Shown here piece after piece: positions 51,301 to 62,299 of a stretch of DNA of 64,000 nucleotides. Both the position numbers and the translations under genes were made by a program. The notes under the pieces were generated by a model. The model was not told where the DNA came from. It ran no database searches and was given only the letters and a program-made list of their open reading frames with translations. Within the stretch, counting starts at the first letter, position 1, and each line of letters starts with the position of its first letter. The DNA is taken from positions 254,878 to 318,877 of the forward strand of contig RDEW01000044.1 in the NCBI GenBank assembly GCA_011109175.1, given 5' to 3'. Source of the stretch: Dicyema japonicum. Taxonomy: Eukaryota > Animalia > Dicyemida.

Positions 51301-54300
51301 ATCAACTAAGGGGGATACTTTGATCAAAATAACCGGATGGGGATTCGACGTAAATTCAACACAAGTCAGGATTGGTCCCAATTCGTGCTTCATCGAATCT
51401 CTAAATGGGACTCAAATATTATGTCGAACTCAAAATCACTCGGTTGATGCCATCCTAAATATATCGGTCAAAGTAACGGGGGGTAGAAGTTATTACGCAG
51501 TGAACACTAACAATATCGGATTCCACTACTCCCAAAATTTTACGCCATTCGTATTACGAATTGAACCCACGAATATTACGGGACCAAACACGACCATAAA
51601 ACTGTCGGGGATAAATGTGACGTCAGTGAACGGGAGGAGTATATTGAGAATGCAAAACAGGGTGTACTACTCACTGAATAACTCCCAAAGTGGAGCTTAC
51701 TTTCTGATTCCATATCTGGATGTTGGAGAACATCAGCTTTCATTGGACGTCGAAGGATACGGGAAAGCTGAATTTAGAGTGAATAACACGATAAATAGCT
51801 ATGGATATACCTCGACGGTAGAACCGGCTTCTGGTAGCACACATGGGGGAACGACGGTAAAAATAACGGGATTCGGATTCAACTGTAACAACATAACGGC
51901 TACTATGGAAAACGTAACCTGTAGAATAACTCAGTGTCAAGTAAACGAGGTGGGTTTGTTGTATATAAAATAGTTATTTTGTCTGACACCCCCCTTATTA
52001 ACGAGTGGGAGTAAAAACCTGTCTGTGATCAGTGCCTCATATTCCTTCAACCAACTAGCGTTTAGTTATGAACCCAGTAAAAGTCCGATGATAGGCTTCG
52101 TAAGGCCGATGAGTGGAAGTGCAAATACTCAAATTTTAATTGCTGGGAGTGGTAGTCAATAATCTATCAATTAACTAGGTTTCGTGGGTAATGAAAGCGA
52201 CAACATCGTGCTTATAGGGAACGAGATATGCAATATTATATCATTTTCTCTGTTTATAATATCTTGTTCAGCACCCGACCAAGGGTATGGGAATTATTCT
52301 ATAAAAATCAAACATCTTATTTACGGAGACTCAAACTCTGTGGAAAACTACACCAACGTGCTATCCATATCGGATATATACCCAGGGATAGGTAGACTTT
52401 GGTTGCATTGATTAGGGGGATATGGAGGCAAACAGGTGGTTCAGGTGCGTGGAAATGGATTCACTCGAGACATGAATATTTCGATTTGTGGAATATATTC
52501 CAGAATTTTATCACTGTCGAATCACTCCGAAATGCTGGTTGAGACTCCCACGATGACTTGTGATCCTCACATACTTATTGTAGATTCGCAAAATAACACG
52601 AACTGCTCAGTCACCATAAACACAAGCACAGCAATTATAAACTACTCCAATCAATTTACTTACAATTCGAGTGATACTTCCTTCATTTACTATGTTACCC
52701 CCAAAAGAGGAGGAACTGGGGGAGGAACTAATCTCTCAATTTATGGATTCGGCTTCAGGTCAATACGTTTTGTTAACAACCAGGAATGACCTGAATGCGA
52801 CCAATGTCACAATTGACGGTTCTGTCTGCATCATAAGATTTATCAACAATTCTCTGATCCAATGTGAGTCATGTCTCCACCACGAAAACGCTAGATCCCC
52901 CGTACAAGTTTATTCTTCGAGAAGTGGATTAGCAGTAGCTGTTAGTCAAACGATGTGATAAATTTAGAGAAATGTCTCAGATGTGATATTCGAGTATGTG
53001 AACGTCTGGTCTTCGCGATTTACCTGGGGAGGTTACGATATACCCANNNNNNNNNNNNNGTCTCCACCACGAAAACGCTAGGTCCCCCGTACAAGTTTAT
53101 TCTTCGAGAAGTGGATTAGCAGTAGCCGTTAGTCAAACGATGTGATAAATTTAGAGAAATGTCTCAGATGTCATATTCGAGTATGTGAACGTCTGGTCTT
53201 CGCGATTTACCTGGGGAGGTTACGATATACCCAAGGCTGGTGAAATTGTTGTAATTCCACATGGATTAAATATCCTACTTGACGTCAACACACCTGTACT
53301 TCAGATTCTTCTAATAAACGGTGATTAGTAGGGAGGACAATTAGGGGGATCACTAACATTTGATGAGAAGGACGTCGAACTTCACGCGGAAAATATTTTC
53401 ATCACAAATAACGGATCATTGAGAGTAAGCTAATATAAATTTAATTTAGATTGGGAGTGAAGGCAGACCATTCCAGCATCAAGCTTTGATAGAGCTGCAC
53501 TCAAAGTTTTTGTCAAAAACGTCATTTGATGAGAAGGACGTCGAACTTCACGCGGAAAATATTTTCATCACAAATAACGGATCATTGAGAGTAAGCTAAT
53601 ATAAATTTAATTTAGATTGGGAGTGAAGGCAGACCATTCCAGCATCAAGCTTTGAAGAGCTGCATTCAAAGTTTTTGTCAAAAACGTTCCCCATATTAGG
53701 ATCGAATGTAGTCGGGGTCAGAAGTGGAAACGTAGATTTTAACGGTTATTTCACTTTTATGAATATATAGGAAGATATAGAAATGTCACGTGGACTCGAT
53801 TAGTGGTATCCGCCAATGTCAGCGATATGGTCCTAGAACTTCAAGACCCAGTCGATTGGAATGTATGTTTATTGGGTCAAGTCAAGGTTAATGAGATTAT
53901 CGTTATTGCGATTACCGGTGATATGAAGAGCGCAAGAGAAAATGAATTTCATAAAATAGCAAATACATCCCCCAATCGAATTACAATAACCCTATATGAC
54001 CCAATCAAGTAGATTTATCAGTTTAAAAAAATACCACAAGCTTGCCTACACTTATAAATATGCACGAGGAAAGACAGTGAATTTGCGAGCCAAGGTGGGT
54101 CTCCTTACAAGAAATGTTAAAATCAAGGGGACAAGAAATCTGAATTATTCCTTTAAGATAGAAAGATGTCCTGATGAGTTCAAGTTGGGTAGGATTCCGT
54201 GATTACCATATTCTAGGTCAATTCGCGGTACAGACTTGTTTTCAAGGAAGAGAGGGAGATGAAATAGGGAATGATCAATTTGGGGGAACAGTCATGATAG

Positions 54301-57300
54301 CTCCAAGACATCCGGGTATGGACGAAGCAATTGGGAGGATCTCACATGTTGAGTTCAACTACGTCGGCCAAGCCTTTCGTCTGGGACGATATCCAATACA
54401 TTTTCACCTTTCGGGGTGGAATAGACATTCCTACGTCAACGGGTGTGCTATTCACGAGAGTTTCAACAGAGCTGTTAACATTCACGGTATGTTATGCGTT
54501 AACCCCCTCCAAGGAACGCATGGGATCACAGTAAGAAGGAATGTCAATTACAACATAATGGGCGGGGCATTTTTCCTAGAGGATGGGATTGAAACCCACA
54601 ACGTCTTTGAGTACAACTTGCACGTGTATGTCAAGCGAAGTTCCAGCTTATTAAATGACGACGTAACCCCCGCTGGTTATTGGCTCACAAATCCAAATAA
54701 TATAGTCAGATATAACACAGTAGCGGGAGGCACTCATTTTGGTTTTTGGTATGTCTCTGATATTTATTGAAAGGTACAGATTGCATAAAACCGTGGACGG
54801 ACCTTCGTATGACCCCTCGGTGGCTCCTAATATCGGACAAATGGGAATATTTGAAGGGAACGAGGTTCACTCTCAGGGGTGGTACGGAATATGGATTTTC
54901 GAAGGGTTTCCTTGGTATTTACTCAAGTTATTACCCACGTGTGGATGGGAGAAAAAATGGAAATCCCACTATTGCGAGATTTACAAATTTTACTTCGTGG
55001 AACAATCAAAAAGGAGCCGAGTGGGAAAACGGGGGAGCTTTACAATTTGACAACTTTGTTACTATCGGCAATAAAGTCGCAAATATCGAAATGATGAGGA
55101 ATTCCGAAAGCGTGGAATACTCAAGTCGAGGACCTTTCCTCAATAACAGTGATATTATTGGTAGACCGTTGATGATACGGATTTAGCGTACATTCCTGGA
55201 GTAACCCCCGTTTCTTCAGGGTTTGGGGTAGTCCTTCCCCTATCAAATGGATTAACTCTGAATAACATAAAGTTCTATAATTACAACGAATCCGGATATT
55301 CGTGCTTTTACCAAGCAAAGATTGATGGCACCAGCTCTACCTACTCTGGGAGTTGAGCTTCCTTAACTTTTGCAGGATTTCTCTATTTAATGAGGAACAT
55401 TCACTTTACAAATTCAAATAATAGATATAAATGGAATTGGATACACGAGGGAGTCATTACAGACTCTGACGGGTCCCAGACTGGTTCGGTGACAAATATT
55501 GTCCCCTATTCCAATTTGGTCCCCTCTGATTGTGTTACGAATACCCAAAATACACAAGGAATACAGTCATCCTTCTGTCCTCAGAGTTACAGCTTTGCGA
55601 GATTATCATTTAACGGTTTCATTCGCTTTAATGCCAGATATCCTCCCGACCCTCTATTTAGCGAGGAATGCCAAGATAATCGTGAAATATGGCAACGAAA
55701 CGAGCTATTTTGCAGAGAAGAGGATGACCTCCCCTCTAGGATGGATGGCTGTTGTCCCGGCAAATGGCAATATGTTTCTGCAATTCCCAGTCGAGTCGAG
55801 TTCAATAAATATTTCCTACAAAGCAGCGGTAGATCACTTAATGGTTTGAATTGATTTCATGCGCAGAGTGGGGGTTATATCATTGTCAGTCAGTCTATGA
55901 GGGAGAAACCCGATCGTGTTTTCACGACTTCCACTGTTAACCGTTCAATGTCCTTGCTTCCCCTGAATGTGGAGACTAACAATAACGGAGATTGGTATTA
56001 TGACTCCTCCAGGAATGTTTTAAGCTATATTGGTGGGTCAATCGCTAATTAATAGTGATGTCCCCCAGAACGAGCAGTGTCGACAAGTATTCGTCTATTC
56101 GAATATTTTGGGTCAGATTTAATGCGTACCGATGCTTCTACCCGAAATGTGAGCCTCCCCCAGTTTCTACAAACCTCCCCCCGCAACGAAATAGACCCAA
56201 CAATTTTGTCAGATGGTCAAACAGAAATATTTGGAGTTACACAAATAATCAGTGGAACGCAAGTTTAAGTTCAGGTGGTGGTATGCCATCCAATGGGAGT
56301 GTCGTCGTGATATCTGCCGGTTAATTTCACGCTTAATTATTCAGGCACGTGGGTTTTAGCAGATGTGGCTTTTCCAACATTGAAAGAGTTACACGTGTAT
56401 GGAGTTCTTGAATTTGACGGAATTGATAATTCAACGCGCTCTGGATATCGAGATTTTGTTTGTCGGCGGAGGTGATCTTCATAAGAGGGGGACGAATCAT
56501 AGCGGGGATAGAAGACAACGCCTTTCAGGGAAGACTGGACATTGTTCTGAGAGGAAACATCAATTCTCGAACATTTCCAAGAATTGTGGGACCTGTTGTG
56601 GGGACTAAAGTCATTGGTATCAAATTACCTCTATTTAGCCTCTTTTGGTGGAGTAGATCTTCACGGTGTTGATCACAACATTTACTTCACGGCGCTTAAT
56701 AGAACTGCTGTTTCCGGAGAGAGGACCATTTACTTGGAAGACGCCGTCGATTGGAGCATTGGTGAAGAGATTGTAATCTCCACGTCATCTTATAACGTGA
56801 TTGAGTCAGAAAAGGCTGTAATAAGGGATATAACACAAAACGGCTTAGTATTACATGTCCTCAGCAGAATTGTAAAATTATAGCTTCATCCTTAGAGCTC
56901 CACTCTGGCTTCTTACAGCGTGAGTTCTATTAACAGAAATGTCAGAGTTGGACTGTTCTTTCCAAATTTCATTTCAGAGAGTTTACCGGGTGCTTATAAA
57001 GATTGGAACAACCCAATGGCGTACCCTTCATTGGGGGGACTCATGACTTTATCCGGTCCTATGCTATTCTGATGACTAGACCTGGATGTGAGCAGTAATG
57101 CTGCACTAAGTTGTTCCACTGACGATGTCCTGATAATGTCGAGTAAATTGAGTTATGACTTCCAACAACCGATAAGAACGTCAAATATCCGCTTATACAA
57201 CATCTCAACGGACAAATATCTGTTTATGACCTTACCCCCATTGAGGTATATTTGAGTTATATCTTAGAATGGTGAATCCTTCAGACTGCGTCGATATGGA

Positions 57301-59796
57301 CTGTGATGGGAATAAGAAGACACTCATAAATGACCTTGATGGGACTCTCCTCGGTTCTAGGGACTGTGCTGCTTTTCCGAAGTCTGTATTTGCCTGGAAT
57401 GGGGATGGAAGTAGGGGGGACTGGAGATTACCGACTTCCAACGAGCATGAAGATATTTCCCAATGGCTCTCAGATTCCAATCAACCACGTGAGACAGCAC
57501 TTGGGTATCTCTGAATTTGACACAAACAGGAATAATAAGGAATTCGAACTGTACTTACAATCCTGTTTGGAAGGCGTACAACTGTTGTGGGGATAAATAT
57601 CGCATACTGGTTATTGAGAGCATGGATAGTGACACAGAAAAGAGGAGGTTGTCCCCGATCGCCATCAGAAGTGGGGGATATGTTGATCTTATTAATGGAC
57701 CGGCTGATCATGGCTGGTGTAATGGATATACCTGCCAATTGAGGATATCCACGTTTTATGCTATTGTTTCCACCGGTTGCTAGTGATTGGGGGATATTTT
57801 ATAGGGAGAGTTTATCAGTTATTTATGACATCATCTGCACACCGCCATCTGAGACTGAGACTATTGAATGCCAACTCTGAGGACAAATTAGTCGTGGAAT
57901 ACTTTTTTGACAGAGTTCAGGGGACAAACGTCTCCATCGACTGAGTGCCTATATTCCCCAGTGGTAGTGGTAGTGTGTACTATTTATAGATCGCATGATT
58001 ACCCCCACTACAACTATTTCTGGTGGGAACTATAGAAATCGTTCCACAAAATACCTCCAAGTCGGCTTGAGGGGGTCACAGGCTGTCGACATCGAATTTA
58101 CGGAAAGTGTTATCATTGGAGTGTCATCGGTCGTCTCTGAGATTGACTTTTTCGGTTCCAATGTTTTACAAAATTTAATATCATTCCTCGGAGTATCCCC
58201 CAGCAAAGTCAGAGTCGTAAATGTAGTCCGTGAGACGTCCTCTAACCGAGCCAAAAGGTCGGAGGATAAATCACATTTTTTTGATTGAAATTTCGAATTT
58301 AGCCAACGAGACCGCAAACTCGACGAATTTTTTGTCTGACCAACAAATGCAGAATATATCCTCCATTATTTTGAACACAGCCCAGAGTACTGGTCTCTCG
58401 ACCATTCTGAACATTTCTGTACAACTGGGAATTACTTTAAGATATCAACCCTATCGATTTTAGAGCCAATTCCCCCAACTTATACATCCATGTGGGGGAA
58501 ATATCAAAATTCTCTACAGGTAATCTTGATTCCCGACAAATTGCTCATAATATCCCGGACATCCGTAATCTACGAAGAGTCGGTCTCGTCAACCTGGTTT
58601 TCGTTAATTATGCTGGACCCAAATGTTTGTAGTTGGTGATATATTAGAATGCGACTTTGGGGATCCTCGGCTCAATATATAACCCGTGGAAGATTCAACT
58701 TGAAATTTCCGCCAATGGCCACGTCATCAGTGGGAGACAGTTCCTAGCCAGTTTCATATCGGGGGCGGCCAACTTCTCATCACTCCGAATTCCATTTTAC
58801 GGAAATAACTTAAATTTCACTTTCCGGGTTTTTCCGTGTTTATAGTTCCAGTCCCTGAACAGTTCATTCATAGCCTCCATTGGTCCCCTAAATATTCTAA
58901 AAAGACGGCTTTCCGTTGACTTACTCCTCAATCAGTCCACAGTTTTCATAAACCAACCGATATCTGGTTTCATCAAAGTCCTCAACATCATCGAAAATGC
59001 GACGATCAGTAATTTATCGTGGAGGGTATATTTGTCGTACAACTCAGATTTCAAATTGGACATACCAGATCGACGTTGCCGACACCAAAGTGTTACAATA
59101 TACTCGATTAGCTCCCATCCAACAGCAAATCGTCAATGGATCTTTAAACGTCTCATATTATCCACTTTCTCAGATTGGATTTTATATCCTGAATGTTCAG
59201 GTTGCAAGTCATCCCAACGACTACAATATTTCAACACAAAGCAGAATCATTAGAGTCCACAACAGCAGTCTTCGTTTTTTGTGATTTAGACTTTGACTGG
59301 AATTTATCGGTCAGTAAACCAATAGTCATGGAATTAGACAGAAATATCTCCCACCTGCAAGTCAATCCTCTCCAGATTGAAGCCACCTTGTTTAATTACA
59401 TCAGTTTGAACTTTTCGGATATCAATTTTGTGAATTTCCAACTATCCACCGGTACAGCTAATCTAGTTAAGTTAAGGGACATTCAGGGTCACTGTGGTGA
59501 TTGAAGGAAATATCACCGAAATGGACGATGCTGGCACTCTGTTTGCCGCATTCTTAAAGCAAAATAATATTTTACATTTTGCGGATCAGAGTGCTGCCCT
59601 TACAAGCTTAATTTATGAGGACAAAGTCGTATATGGAGGACCGGTAATGGATTGGTTTATTTTAAAGTGAGGATCCAATAAACTCCCGCTCATTCTTGGA
59701 ATTTCGTTGGGATCCGTGGCATTCGTTGGAATTGCTTCCGCTGTTATTTGGAAGTTTTTCTTTGCTAAGGTCTCGTCAAATATATTTAAATTTTAA
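45362..59796 (+). CDS. PKHD1L1: Fibrocystin-L / PKHD1L1 orthologue with about 68 micro-introns; contains lesions (possible pseudogene or sequence errors)
   Basis: Signal peptide, 14 IPT/TIG repeats and a PA14-like region. G8 #1 ([10 protein letters not shown]...[18 protein letters not shown]), beta-helix ([35 protein letters not shown]) and G8 #2. Also [33 protein letters not shown], a furin-like RAKR, and [25 protein letters not shown] with a short tail to TAA 59796. Confidence 0.95.
48451..48673 (+). other. Kringle domain (two exons) embedded in the PKHD1L1 frame
   Basis: Spliced: [65 protein letters not shown]. Six Cys plus the Y.G, CQ.W, NFCRNPD and PWCY hallmarks. Confidence 0.9.
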
Positions 59797-60175
59797 CACG
59801 TGACTGACTCACATAAACTAACATGATATTCTCTTATTAATAATGTGATCCTTCAACCTCTTCTAAGTTTGAGACTAGTCACAAACTATGATGCGACGCT
59901 CCGGATTACGTTACTGACTCTCCAACGTGATATATGGTAGAGCTGTGATATTCGTGGAGTATGACACTAGATTAGATGGTCCGTTTGTGGTTATCAAGAA
60001 AACAGGAAGATTATGTGTATTTATGCTCTTTAATACAATCTTTTTTAATCATTGGATTGTTTTTTGAGTAACGTGCTAATGTGGCTTACTCGATAAGGTG
60101 TCACCCATTCCGGAAAGGAACGAAAAGAGCCAATAACTTCTCCCCACCTCTTGGGGGTTCACGTAATCATAATTT

Positions 60176-60500
60176 AATATCAATAAATTTTTAATTCAAT
60201 TATTTATTTATTTTCTGATAAAAATAATAAATTCAATTAATGAAAGTCCGTCTTGTGGTGCACCAAAATTTAATTTTCAAAGTTGCGTCATGTGATTCAT
60301 CAGTCGCGAAGGTTTTGATGGCGCTGTGGAATTTAATATCAATATTTTCAAAATATAATTTTTAATTCAATTATTTATTTATTTTCTGATAAAAATAATA
60401 AATTCAATTAATGAAAGTCCGTCTTGTGGTGCACCAAAATTTAATTTTCAAAGTTGCGTCATGTGATTCATCAGTCGCGAAGGTTTTGATGGCGCAGTGG
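60176..60500. repeat. ~150-170 bp tandem duplication
   Basis: ttttaattcaattattt...ggttttgatggcgc occurs twice. Confidence 0.85.
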
Positions 60501-60751
60501 GATCATTTACTACATCGCGAAAAAGAACCATTAGCTCTTTTCCCTAAAACAACTCGTGCCCGACCGACAAATGCCAAATGATCAACTGATTGTGAACATA
60601 GTTAAAGTGAAAATTATTGAAAAGTACTTATTTTAAAATTCAAGATTGACAGAAGGTATCGCTTATTGACACTACCTTTATTTTTATGATTTTACATAAG
60701 CCGGTCGGAGCTTCACCTGCGACTTGATTGGTGGAGATCTGAAACTCCATC

Positions 60752-61743
60752 NNNNNNNNNNNNNNNNNNNNNNNNNNNNNNNNNNNNNNNNNNNNNNNNN
60801 NNNNNNNNNNNNNNNNNNNNNNNNNNNNNNNNNNNNNNNNNNNNNNNNNNNNNNNNNNNNNNNNNNNNNNNNNNNNNNNNNNNNNNNNNNNNNNNNNNNN
60901 NNNNNNNNNNNNNNNNNNNNNNNNNNNNNNNNNNNNNNNNNNNNNNNNNNNNNNNNNNNNNNNNNNNNNNNNNNNNNNNNNNNNNNNNNNNNNNNNNNNN
61001 NNNNNNNNNNNNNNNNNNNNNNNNNNNNNNNNNNNNNNNNNNNNNNNNNNNNNNNNNNNNNNNNNNNNNNNNNNNNNNNNNNNNNNNNNNNNNNNNNNNN
61101 NNNNNNNNNNNNNNNNNNNNNNNNNNNNNNNNNNNNNNNNNNNNNNNNNNNNNNNNNNNNNNNNNNNNNNNNNNNNNNNNNNNNNNNNNNNNNNNNNNNN
61201 NNNNNNNNNNNNNNNNNNNNNNNNNNNNNNNNNNNNNNNNNNNNNNNNNNNNNNNNNNNNNNNNNNNNNNNNNNNNNNNNNNNNNNNNNNNNNNNNNNNN
61301 NNNNNNNNNNNNNNNNNNNNNNNNNNNNNNNNNNNNNNNNNNNNNNNNNNNNNNNNNNNNNNNNNNNNNNNNNNNNNNNNNNNNNNNNNNNNNNNNNNNN
61401 NNNNNNNNNNNNNNNNNNNNNNNNNNNNNNNNNNNNNNNNNNNNNNNNNNNNNNNNNNNNNNNNNNNNNNNNNNNNNNNNNNNNNNNNNNNNNNNNNNNN
61501 NNNNNNNNNNNNNNNNNNNNNNNNNNNNNNNNNNNNNNNNNNNNNNNNNNNNNNNNNNNNNNNNNNNNNNNNNNNNNNNNNNNNNNNNNNNNNNNNNNNN
61601 NNNNNNNNNNNNNNNNNNNNNNNNNNNNNNNNNNNNNNNNNNNNNNNNNNNNNNNNNNNNNNNNNNNNNNNNNNNNNNNNNNNNNNNNNNNNNNNNNNNN
61701 NNNNNNNNNNNNNNNNNNNNNNNNNNNNNNNNNNNNNNNNNNN
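60752..61743. other. Assembly gap (N run)
   Basis: N characters. Confidence 1.
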
Positions 61744-62110
61744 AAAAAATTGATATTTGAGATTAATCTCCTCGAATTTCTGCTTGATCTTGACGTAGTT
61801 GTAAGACACTGATTCTATCATTGACTTTCCAGCAACAATATACTCTGGGAATATAGTCTTTGTGTGTGGCAAAGCCTTGTCCATAATGCTTTGATTCCGA
61901 GGGAAGCAATAGTAACCTGTAATTTTCATGTGCTTCATAGAGTCCATTTTTTATTTTAGTCTCCTGCAGGCAGCATACAGAACCCAGGTATTTCTCAACA
62001 TCCGAACATAGAAGCTGCCTCTTAGCCACGTTATTCAGACTTCTGACATTGAAGGTTAGGATAGTCAGGTCATTAAATTGTTCTGAATCCTTTGCAGACA
62101 TAGGTGCAAG
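61744..62110 (-). mobile_element. RTE-like APE N-terminus
   Basis: LTILTFNVRSL...CCLQETK...WKVNDRISVLQL, same family as 37520. Confidence 0.85.
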
Positions 62111-62299
62111 AGAGGCACGTCACCACCTCAACCAAATAACAGCTACAGATTTAAATAAAAAATTTTTAAATAAAAAAATATAAATTAATTTTAGGAAATT
62201 TTTTAATTAGCATTATATTCTTAACTAAAATCATAAACTAATATTAAAAAATATAATTTAGCGTGCGTCAAGTGGTTCACCGTTTCTGGTGGCGTCGGA

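Noticed and set aside
58827-58850. Possible 18-nt intron in PKHD1L1; likewise a 19-nt candidate near 59488
   Set aside because: Equally in-frame 24/27-nt and 25-nt alternatives exist and fit the size mode better.
45362-59796. Stop-codon reassignment (ciliate-type code) as the reason for fragmented ORFs
   Set aside because: Nearly all apparent stops fall inside 21-29 nt GT-AG segments whose removal restores conserved protein. GOT1 needs no recoding and ends in TAA.
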